Of a stretch of 64,000 nucleotides of DNA, positions 1 to 7,291 are shown piece after piece; the stretch's first letter is position 1; each line of letters starts with the position of its first letter. The DNA is taken from contig JAFXHU010000018.1 of assembly GCA_017533565.1 (NCBI GenBank), positions 63,388 through 127,387 on the forward strand. The letters run 5' to 3'. The notes below the pieces were generated by a model. It saw only the letters and a program-made list of their open reading frames with translations. It did not search any database and was not told the DNA's origin. Made by a program: the position numbers and the translations under genes. The DNA comes from Clostridia bacterium (GTDB taxonomy: Bacteria; Bacillota; Clostridia; Oscillospirales; CAG-272).

Positions 1-1
1 G

Positions 2-112
2 GCAAGGAAAATGGTCGTCCTCGTCGGAAGGGCGGATATTCCGCCAAAAATGGTTGCAAACAACCGCGAGGTGCTGCGCTATACTACGCTCGCCTCCCGT
101 CTTTCGGATTGA
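2..112 (+). CDS. 3' end of an unidentified CDS (partial, runs off the window start)
   Basis: Frame 2 is open from the window edge to TGA at 110-112 (...VVLVGRADIPPKMVANNREVLRYTTLASRLSD*). Thirty-six residues are too few to assign a family. Confidence 0.3.
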   Translation, partial: ARKMVVLVGRADIPPKMVANNREVLRYTTLASRLSD

Positions 113-203
113 TTGGCGAGGCTTCTTGCGTGCTATGCCAACACCTTACGGGCTGCTTCGCCTTGCGTATGCGCTCTAAATAAAATAATATTTTGTAAAA
201 CTC

Positions 204-232
204 TTGCATTTGCCGACAAAATACTGTATAAT
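204..232 (+). promoter_or_regulatory. sigma-A type promoter for the MreB-like gene
   Basis: TTGCAT (204-209), a 17-nt spacer, then TATAAT (227-232). It lies about 50 nt upstream of the ATG at 283. Confidence 0.55.
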
Positions 233-282
233 GATTTTAATATGGCGCTTTGTGCGCAAATTCTTACGAAGGGGGATGCGGA

Positions 283-1314
283 ATGCTCACGAAAATCGGG
301 CTGGACCTTGGATATGCAAATATAACGCTTTCGGATTCTACCGCCGAAATTTACCGCGAGCCGTCCGTTGCGCTCATTCGTAAATCGCCAAAGGTTGGAC
401 AGACGCGCATTCTTGCGGTTGGAAACGCCGCCCTCACTCCCGAGGGGGGAGCGGACGAGTGTATCCTTGCCCGTCCCTTCAAAAACGGAATGTTCTTTGA
501 CCACCAGCTGACCGAGGAGGTTATTATGACCGCCCTCACTCCCGTGAGGAATAAAAACGGACTTCGCGTAGTAATCGGCGTGCCGTCGGATATCCTGCCA
601 AAGCAGGAAAGGGATTTATTCTCTATGCTTGACAAGGCGGGGGTGGATACGGCATTCTCGGTTTCACGCGCGGTTGCCGCGGTAATCGGTGCGGGCTACT
701 CCCCGTCTATAAGCGCGGTGTCTGTAAACGTCGGCGGTATGTCAACCGAGGTTGCCGTCCTACATAACGGGGAGCTTCTGTATTCGAGCCGTACAACCCT
801 CGGCGGGGAGGATTTCGACCGCGCCGTAAAGCAATACGTCCTTGAGCAGGGCGACGTAAATATCTCTCTTATGGTTGCGCGGGCAATCAAGGAAAGACTT
901 GGCGCGGTGTGGAAGGGAAAACCCAACGACAGCATTGATATAGAGGGCACGCTCGCCCTCACGGGAAATAAAATCCGTATGAACATCGCGACGGAGGACA
1001 TCGTAGGCGTGTTTGAAAAGCCGATACAGCTGCTCATAAACGCTATTGTCGATGCTCTGAAGCAGGTGCCCGCAAACGCGGTGGAGGCTGTGCTTGAAAA
1101 CGGCATCATTCTCACGGGCGGAGCGGCGGAGCTTTACGGTCTTGATATTCTCATTTCCCGCGTCCTCGGAATAAGCGTTACGCGACCCGAGCGAGCAATC
1201 GACTGCGTTGCAAAGGGGCTTTCGCGTATCAACGGCTTCATCCCGCAAAAGAGCAAGGGCGGAAGGAATATCACCGCACAGCTTGCGACACTTTACGTCA
1301 ATACCAAAAAATGA
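283..1314 (+). CDS. divergent MreB/Mbl-family actin-like protein
   Basis: The ORF track frame runs 250..1314. I place the start at ATG 283, preceded by GAAGGGGGA. MreB-type motifs are present: RPFKNGMFFD, VNVGGMSTEVAV, LGGEDFD and GIILTGGAAELYGLD. The N-terminal phosphate-1 motif is atypical (LDLGYANITL rather than DLGTANT). Confidence 0.75.
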   Translation: MLTKIGLDLGYANITLSDSTAEIYREPSVALIRKSPKVGQTRILAVGNAALTPEGGADECILARPFKNGMFFDHQLTEEVIMTALTPVRNKNGLRVVIGVPSDILPKQERDLFSMLDKAGVDTAFSVSRAVAAVIGAGYSPSISAVSVNVGGMSTEVAVLHNGELLYSSRTTLGGEDFDRAVKQYVLEQGDVNISLMVARAIKERLGAVWKGKPNDSIDIEGTLALTGNKIRMNIATEDIVGVFEKPIQLLINAIVDALKQVPANAVEAVLENGIILTGGAAELYGLDILISRVLGISVTRPERAIDCVAKGLSRINGFIPQKSKGGRNITAQLATLYVNTKK

Positions 1315-1334
1315 TTTTTCACAGGAGATATAAA

Positions 1335-1457
1335 ATGAATAGGAACAAAAAGGAAAGCAAGGGCGCATCCCTCAACGTGAAGCTGTTTTGCCTCATTATG
1401 GCGGGCGTTATGGTTTTCGGCGTAGTTGCGACCACCATCGCGATAATCCTCGCCTGA
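1335..1457 (+). CDS. 40-aa single-pass membrane micro-protein (below the ORF-track cutoff)
   Basis: AGGAGA (1323-1328) sits 6 nt before ATG 1335. My translation is MNRNKKESKGASLNVKLFCLIMAGVMVFGVVATTIAIILA*. It has a basic N-terminus and one hydrophobic helix. It is followed directly by a strong terminator. Confidence 0.5.
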   Translation: MNRNKKESKGASLNVKLFCLIMAGVMVFGVVATTIAIILA

Positions 1458-1472
1458 ATTAAATTCTAAAAA

Positions 1473-1500
1473 GCGGAGTGCTTTTTGCACTCCGCTTTTT
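1473..1500 (+). terminator. rho-independent terminator of the mreB-like/micro-ORF unit
   Basis: GCGGAGTGC (1473-1481), loop TTTTT, GCACTCCGC (1487-1495), then TTTTT. Confidence 0.85.
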
Positions 1501-1911
1501 CTCTTGCGCCGATATATTCACCTCCGTCCCTTGGGGGTGCTTTTTCCGAGCGAAGAGAATGGGATAAGGCAAGAAAAATTTCGGCGAAAGCTTGGCGAAA
1601 AATCCGCGCGGAGAAGGGGAGACGTCGGGCATTAAAATCAAGCTGCAAGGCGGCAAAAAAGCGGGCGGAAAATTAAGGGTAAAATCAAGCGAAGAGCTAA
1701 CCCGAAATCTCGCCCGACGAAAGCCCGAAAAGCCACCGCAAGGGAGGCAAAAAAATTCACCGAGAGGTAAGCGGAAAAGCCGACGGAAAGCCACCGCAAA
1801 ATTCGGCGTAAGGGGCAACCGCCAACGCCGCCGAATACCGAAAGAAAGACCGAAGCGACGGGCGGGACGGTCGGGAGGAAAAGGGCGTGAATTTTCGCCG
1901 CATTATAAAAT

Positions 1912-2160
1912 ACACCTTTTCCGTTTCGGAGCTTTAACGTGCGGGACTTACACTTTTCCGTTTTGACTAAAATTTCGCGCTTTTTGAAAATCTACATTTT
2001 TCCGTTGTCGGCAAAACCGCCCCAAACGACCGATTTAGGGCAAAGTACCCCCAAAAACACCCCGAAACAACGGAATTGTGTAGAAAACGTGTACCGAGTT
2101 TTCAACATCGGATTTTGTGTAGCTTGGCTTTTCAACACTTATCAACACTCCGTTTGTCGG
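1912..2160. repeat. iteron-like direct repeats plus a cluster of DnaA-box-like 9-mers
   Basis: ACAY(N)TTTTCCGTT-type repeats sit at 1912-1929, 1950-1966, 1994-2011 and, shortened, at 2145-2160. TGTGTAG occurs at 2077-2083 and 2116-2122. TTTTCAACA occurs at 2099-2107 and 2129-2137, and TTATCAACA at 2139-2147. The last differs from TTATCCACA at one position. Confidence 0.6.
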
Positions 2161-2245
2161 TTCTGCGGAAAAGTGTTTTTTTATAAATCGCCCCTTTACC
2201 CAACGAAAGGAAGCGGTAATCCGTCACCCCGACAAAGGCATTTCG

Positions 2246-2486
2246 GCGGGAAAAATCCAACTCAAAAAAGGCAAGAAAAGAGTACCGAAAATCACTTCGA
2301 AAGCGGTAAAAAATCGGCAACGAAAAGCCGCCTCAAAACGGTAAAAAGTCGGCGACGAAAAAGCCGCAGAAAAAGCGTAAAAGGGAGTAACGAAAAGCAA
2401 TCCGAAAAAGGCAAAAAAGAGTAACGAAAAATAAACCCAAAGGAGCAAAAAAGAGGACCGAAAATCAATCGGTCCTCTATGTATTT
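2246..2486. repeat. degenerate tandem array with a period of about 34-35 nt (A/G-rich on the + strand)
   Basis: Core GAG(T/G)A(A/C)CGAAAA occurs at 2280, 2385, 2419 and 2453, and the last three are exactly 34 nt apart. The intervening units, CGGCAACGAAAAGCCGC (2315) and CGGCGACGAAAAAGCCGC (2349), keep the same phase. The last unit forms the ftsZ terminator hairpin. Confidence 0.6.
2447..2477 (-). terminator. rho-independent terminator of ftsZ
   Basis: GAGGACCG (2453-2460) pairs with CGGTCCTC (2470-2477) across a 9-nt loop. On the minus strand the hairpin is followed by TTTTTT (complement of 2447-2452). Confidence 0.8.
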
Positions 2487-2548
2487 TTAGTGTAAATTCA
2501 ATCGCGAAACGCATTCCGCAAAAGGGCGGTGAAGCAGCGTTTTTCGGA

Positions 2549-3769
2549 TTACTTTTTCGACTTTCTTATAAAGTTGATTACGTCGTCGTACTCGCCAAAC
2601 GCATCCTTTTCCTCCGCCTTCGGTGCGGGTGCAGGCTCTGCGGGAGCAACGGGTGCAGCCTCGACGGGTGCGGTATAAGCGGGAGCCTCGGGAGCGTAAG
2701 CAGGAGCCGCGGGTGCGTAGGTCGGTGCGGCGGGAGCATAAGCGGGAGCAGGCTCTTTGGGAGCAGCAACGGTTGCGGGAGCTTTGCCCATTTCGGTCTT
2801 GCTGTCAACGAAGCCGGTTGCGATAATGGTTACGCGAATTTCGTCCTGAAGGTCGGGGGAGAATGCCGCGCCCCAAATAATCGTGGCGTCCTCGTGCGCC
2901 TCCTCCGCAACGAGCATGGAGGCAACCTCAACCTCGTCAAGCTGAATATTTTCGGAGGCGGTTATTGCGATAAGCACACCCATAGCACCCGAAATGTTCG
3001 TTTCGAGAAGGGGAGAGGATATTGCCGACATAGCCGCAAGCTGTGCCTTGTCCGCGCCCTTTGCAGAGCCGACGCCCATGTGTGCGTAGCCTGCATTCTT
3101 CATAATGGTCGTAACGTCCGCAAAGTCAAGGTTGATAAATCCGGGAACGTTGATAAGCTCGGAAATCGACTGTACTCCGCGACGAAGCACGTCGTCCGCA
3201 ATTTCAAATGCGTTTGCGAGGGTGATGTGAGTATCCTCAACCTGCTTGAGCCTTTCGTTGGGAATGACGATAAGCGAGTCAACGTACTTTGAAAGCTCGG
3301 TGATGCCCGCCTCCGCCTGTATCATTCTCTTTCTTCCCTCAAAGCTGAAGGGCTTCGTAACGATACCGACGGTGAGTATTCCCATTTCCTTTGCCGCCTT
3401 TGCAATAACGGGGGCAGCGCCCGTGCCGGTTCCGCCACCCATACCTGCGGTAACGAATACCATATCCGCACCGTCGAGAATGGAGCGAATGGCGTCGATG
3501 GACTCCTCCGCACTGCGCTTTCCGACGTCGGGATTTGCGCCCGCGCCAAGACCGCGGGTAATCTTATCCCCGATTACGAGCTTTCTGGAGGCACAGGAGG
3601 ACTCCAAAACCTGGCTGTCGGTGTTGATTGCGACGAACTCAACGCCGCGAATGTTGGTGGAAATCATACGGTTTACCGCATTGCATCCGCCACCGCCGAC
3701 GCCGATAACCTTAATATTAACCTTGCTGGTATCGTAGGGCTGTTCAAAATTAAATTCCATTCTGTCCAT
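2549..3769 (-). CDS. ftsZ: cell division GTPase FtsZ
   Basis: Motifs [17 protein letters not shown] and [15 protein letters not shown] are present. A Pro/Ala-rich linker precedes the conserved C-terminal peptide [18 protein letters not shown] lies 7 nt upstream of the ATG. Confidence 0.97.
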   Translation of the reverse strand: MDRMEFNFEQPYDTSKVNIKVIGVGGGGCNAVNRMISTNIRGVEFVAINTDSQVLESSCASRKLVIGDKITRGLGAGANPDVGKRSAEESIDAIRSILDGADMVFVTAGMGGGTGTGAAPVIAKAAKEMGILTVGIVTKPFSFEGRKRMIQAEAGITELSKYVDSLIVIPNERLKQVEDTHITLANAFEIADDVLRRGVQSISELINVPGFINLDFADVTTIMKNAGYAHMGVGSAKGADKAQLAAMSAISSPLLETNISGAMGVLIAITASENIQLDEVEVASMLVAEEAHEDATIIWGAAFSPDLQDEIRVTIIATGFVDSKTEMGKAPATVAAPKEPAPAYAPAAPTYAPAAPAYAPEAPAYTAPVEAAPVAPAEPAPAPKAEEKDAFGEYDDVINFIRKSKK

Positions 3770-3844
3770 TGTGTTATCCTCCGTTGCTTTTGCATTATGT
3801 TAATGCGGCACAGACCGCAAATCTTCAAAATAATATATATATTT

Positions 3845-3872
3845 ATTATACAATACTTTCGCGCAAAAACAA
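3845..3872 (-). promoter_or_regulatory. candidate sigma-A promoter for ftsZ in the AT-rich murG-ftsZ spacer
   Basis: On the minus strand: TTGTTT (3867-3872), a 16-nt spacer, then TATAAT (3845-3850). The 190-bp spacer is much more AT-rich than its flanks. Confidence 0.4.
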
Positions 3873-3928
3873 TAGATTTATTTTATAAATATTTTTATTT
3901 ACAAATTTATATATTTTTAAATATTTAT

Positions 3929-3956
3929 AACGGGGCAGAAAGATAAAACGGGGCAG
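3929..3956. repeat. 10-nt direct repeat AACGGGGCAG x2, 18 nt apart
   Basis: Copies at 3929-3938 and 3947-3956, immediately after the murG stop and upstream of the ftsZ promoter. These are GC-rich islands in AT-rich DNA. Confidence 0.6.
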
Positions 3957-3958
3957 AT

Positions 3959-5041
3959 TTACTTTTCGCTCAAAAGAGTGCGGAGCGCGGCGTGTATTTT
4001 CCCGTCGCACCTTCCTCCCCGCCCGTAAAGCGCCGCACGCATTTTCTCCCTTTTCGCCCTTGTTTTTTTAAGAGCGAGAATTTCACGGTAAAGCGCCTCT
4101 GCGGAAAGCTCCGCCTCGGTTATCATCACCGCCGCACCGCATTCGCAAAGGGCGCGTGCATTCTCGTATTGATGGTTTGCCGTCACGTTTGGCGAGGGAA
4201 TGAGAATGGAGGGCACACCCGCCGCCTCAAGCTCCGCAAGAGTCATTGCCCCGCACCGCGTAACCGCAATATCTGCCGCCGCAAGGTAGGTCGGCATATC
4301 CTCGACGTAGGGGATAATGCGTGCATTTTCGCCGCCAAGCGCCTTGTATTTTTCGTAATCCCGCCTGCCCGTGGCGTGAATAAACAAAATACCCGATTTT
4401 CCGCCGTCAAGTCTTATCGCCTCGCACATTGCGCGGTTGATAGCCTCCGCACCGAGAGAGCCGCCGAAGGAAAGCACCACGGTCTTTTCCTCTCCTATTC
4501 CGAGAGCTGCACGGGCGCGCGAGCGCGAAACTCTCCCAACCGCACCGCGCACGGGATTTCCCGTAACTGCACAGCTGCATCGCGGTAGTCTTTTCTCCGC
4601 CTCTCCGTAACCGAGCATAACGAGGTCAACCGAGCGACAGCAAAGCCGTGTCACAAGCCCGGGGACGGCGTTTGATTCGTGAATTGCCCGCCGTATGCCG
4701 AGCGATTTTGCCGCCGAAAGCACGGGCCAGGCTACGTAGCCCCCCGTCCCGACAACCGCATCGGGTGCAATGCTTTTCAGTATTGCCTTCGCCTCCCGCC
4801 TTGCCGAAAGGGCGCGAAGCACAGCCCCGATATTCGACGGGGAAAGCGAGCGCGAAAGCCCCGTTACCTCAATTTCATACGGCTCAAAGCCGGCGCGGCG
4901 TATTGCCTCGTTTTCCTTTCCGCCCCGCCTTCCGATAAAGAAAACCTCCGCCTTTTCGCCATTCTGCCTTAAAATATCCGCCATTGCAAGCATTGGCGTG
5001 ATATGACCGCCCGTGCCGCCACCGCAAAAAACAATCTTCAT
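3959..5041 (-). CDS. murG: UDP-N-acetylglucosamine--N-acetylmuramyl-(pentapeptide) pyrophosphoryl-undecaprenol GlcNAc transferase MurG
   Basis: N-terminus MKIVFCGGGTGGHITP. The length and the position in the dcw cluster fit. Confidence 0.92.
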   Translation of the reverse strand: MKIVFCGGGTGGHITPMLAMADILRQNGEKAEVFFIGRRGGKENEAIRRAGFEPYEIEVTGLSRSLSPSNIGAVLRALSARREAKAILKSIAPDAVVGTGGYVAWPVLSAAKSLGIRRAIHESNAVPGLVTRLCCRSVDLVMLGYGEAEKRLPRCSCAVTGNPVRGAVGRVSRSRARAALGIGEEKTVVLSFGGSLGAEAINRAMCEAIRLDGGKSGILFIHATGRRDYEKYKALGGENARIIPYVEDMPTYLAAADIAVTRCGAMTLAELEAAGVPSILIPSPNVTANHQYENARALCECGAAVMITEAELSAEALYREILALKKTRAKREKMRAALYGRGGRCDGKIHAALRTLLSEK

Positions 5042-5042
5042 T

Positions 5043-6296
5043 TTACGTCCTTCGTCCTCCGTTTAACCCGTATGCCGCGAGTGGAATTTTCTCCGCACCG
5101 CCCTTTAATTTGCTTTTTACCGCCGTATTGCCCCTCGCAATCGATAGCAAAAGACCCATCTCGAAAAGTATCATTATAAGCGAGGAGCCGCCGTAGCTGA
5201 AAAGCGGAAGCGAAATGCCCGTATTCGGAATGGTATTCGTAACCACCGCCACGTTTAAAAGCGTCTGCAAAGCCATTTTAAAGGTTATCCCGAGCGCGGT
5301 GAGCCGTGAAAAAGCGTCGCCCGCCCGCATTGCAATCTTGTAGCCTCTGTAAATCAAAACGGCAAAAAGCAAAAGCGCCGCTACCGCACCCAAAAAGCCA
5401 AGCTCCTCGCAAAGTATCGCAAAAATCATATCGTTTGCAGGCTCGGAAACGTAGGAGTGCTTTAATTCGCCGTCGCCGAGTCCCTTGCCGAAAAGACCGC
5501 CCGAGCCTATTGCCATAAGACCCTGAAGCGTCTGCCACCCGCCCGTCAGCTTGTACGCCTCGGGATTTTGCCAGACGGTTATGCGCTCCTTCGTGTAGTC
5601 GGTGAAAAAGGCTATGTAGCATACCCCCGCCGCCCCCGCGCCCATAAATCCGTAGAGGTATTTCATATTCACTCCCGCCGAAATTATAAGCAAAAGACCG
5701 AGCGTGCCGAGAATGATTATACAGGAAAGATGGTGCTGGAGCATTACGAGAAAAATCGGTAAAACGAGAATTACACAGGGTAAAAGCGTACCGAATACAA
5801 AGTCCTCGCCTCGCTTTTTGCTCCTCGTTGCCCTTGTCTCGTTGTCCGAAAAGTACCGCGAAAGCATAAGCACGACGGTAAGCTTCGCAATCTCCGACTG
5901 CTGCACCGTAATCGGACCTATTGAAATCCATCGCTGTGCGCCGTTACCGACCATACCTATCGCGAGCGTAAGCACAAGCAAAATAAGCGTCACGGCGTAT
6001 GCCGCGGGAGAAAATTTTTTGACCAAATCAAGCGGAGTATGCGCCCCGCACCACATCGCGAAAAAGCCTATCGCAAGCCATACCGCCTGCCGCTTTATGA
6101 AGTAAAGGGCGTCACCGTAGCGAAGCTGTGCGAAGGAGTAGCCTGCGCTCGCCACCATAACCGTGCCGTAAAGCGCAAGCAGTATAACCGTCACCAAAAG
6201 CGGAAGGTCGCCAACGTGCCACGCCCTCCTATGCCGTTTATCCGCACCACCCTCGGCTTTAATTGCGGATTTTTTTATCTCCTTGCCGTTTACCAT
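5043..6296 (-). CDS. ftsW: SEDS-family lipid II flippase/peptidoglycan polymerase (FtsW/SpoVE type)
   Basis: Polytopic membrane protein with SEDS motifs (GISLPLFSYGGSS). I place the start at MVNGKEIKK (ATG 6296), which overlaps the mraY stop by 7 nt, not at the track start of 6389. Confidence 0.85.
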   Translation of the reverse strand: MVNGKEIKKSAIKAEGGADKRHRRAWHVGDLPLLVTVILLALYGTVMVASAGYSFAQLRYGDALYFIKRQAVWLAIGFFAMWCGAHTPLDLVKKFSPAAYAVTLILLVLTLAIGMVGNGAQRWISIGPITVQQSEIAKLTVVLMLSRYFSDNETRATRSKKRGEDFVFGTLLPCVILVLPIFLVMLQHHLSCIIILGTLGLLLIISAGVNMKYLYGFMGAGAAGVCYIAFFTDYTKERITVWQNPEAYKLTGGWQTLQGLMAIGSGGLFGKGLGDGELKHSYVSEPANDMIFAILCEELGFLGAVAALLLFAVLIYRGYKIAMRAGDAFSRLTALGITFKMALQTLLNVAVVTNTIPNTGISLPLFSYGGSSLIMILFEMGLLLSIARGNTAVKSKLKGGAEKIPLAAYGLNGGRRT

Positions 6297-7291
6297 AGTC
6301 CGCCGCTGAAAAGCAAAACCGCCGCAAGACCCGCGGCAAGCGTTATAAGGAGTGCGAGAATACAAACCGCGTTTTCGCTCCAGCCACATTTTTCAAGGTG
6401 GTGGTGAATGGGAGCCATTTTAAAAACCCGCCTTCCCGTGAGCTTAAACGCCGCAACCTGAATTATCACGCTGCAGCCCTCGATAACGTAAACCGCGCCC
6501 AAAACCACCGCAAGGAGCATATTGCCCGAGGCAAACGCGCACGCCGCCACCAATGCTCCGAGGTAGAGCGAGCCGGTATCTCCCATAAACACCCGTGCCG
6601 GGTTAAGGTTATATACGAGAAAGCCCGCCGTGCCTCCCATAAGAGCCGCCCCCGCGAGCGAAAGGTCGGGGAATATTGCGTGCGAAAGGAGCAAAAGCAC
6701 CGCCCCTATACCAAACGCGGTACAGGAGGCAAGCCCGTCGAGTCCGTCCGTAAGGTTGGCGCAATTCGTAATTCCGAGAAGAATTAAAAGCGCAAGCGGG
6801 TAGTAAAGCAGTCCAAGACGGATTTGCCCAAAGGAAAAAACGGGATTACCCGCATCGACACCTATAAAGCCGAGGGCAAGCATATACGCCCCCGAAAGCA
6901 CCGCCTGAAGCAAAAGCTTTTGTATAGCCGAAAGTCCCTTGTTTTCCCGTCTTTTAAGCTTTTTGAGGTCGTCGGCAATTCCTACCGCGCCGTTGAGCGT
7001 AGCAAACGCAACCCCCGCCACAAGCAGCCAACCGCGCGTCGTGCCTCCGTTTTTGAAAAGCATAAGCGAGAATAGCAAAAGCACAAGGTCAATAGCGAGT
7101 ATAAAGGATATACCTCCCATTGTCGGAGTGCCGGATTTACTGCTGTGCCATTTCGGACCGTCGGTGTATATCGGCTGTGCCGCGCTTCGCTTAAGCCGCG
7201 GAAGCATCCAACGCATCACAAGCGCGGTTAAGCAAAACGTGCATATAAACGCCGCAAGATAAAGCAAAATAAAGCTTACGTTCATTTTCAA
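6290..7291 (-). CDS. mraY: phospho-N-acetylmuramoyl-pentapeptide transferase MraY
   Basis: Motifs NLTDGLDGLA and MGDTGSLYLG. There is an ATGA overlap with murF. Confidence 0.95.
   Translation of the reverse strand: MKMNVSFILLYLAAFICTFCLTALVMRWMLPRLKRSAAQPIYTDGPKWHSSKSGTPTMGGISFILAIDLVLLLFSLMLFKNGGTTRGWLLVAGVAFATLNGAVGIADDLKKLKRRENKGLSAIQKLLLQAVLSGAYMLALGFIGVDAGNPVFSFGQIRLGLLYYPLALLILLGITNCANLTDGLDGLASCTAFGIGAVLLLLSHAIFPDLSLAGAALMGGTAGFLVYNLNPARVFMGDTGSLYLGALVAACAFASGNMLLAVVLGAVYVIEGCSVIIQVAAFKLTGRRVFKMAPIHHHLEKCGWSENAVCILALLITLAAGLAAVLLFSGGLW

Noticed and set aside
113-170. A GGCGAGGC...GCTTCGCC hairpin after the partial upstream CDS, considered as a terminator.
   Set aside because: It has a 27-nt loop, one G-U pair and no adjacent T run. 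The evidence is too weak to call.
2077-2147. The DnaA-box-like cluster as the chromosomal oriC.
   Set aside because: No dnaA, dnaN or rpmH is nearby. Every box carries the same C-to-A deviation from TTATCCACA, and there is no adjacent AT-rich unwinding element. I keep it only as a possible secondary DnaA-binding or iteron cluster.
1485-2424. Lys/Arg-rich + strand ORFs (63, 124 and 161 aa) and Phe/Leu-rich minus-strand ORFs in the ftsZ-proximal intergenic region.
   Set aside because: They are translations of purine-rich or pyrimidine-rich repeats. They have TTG or absent starts and no RBS, and the frames change across repeat units. I treat the region as non-coding.
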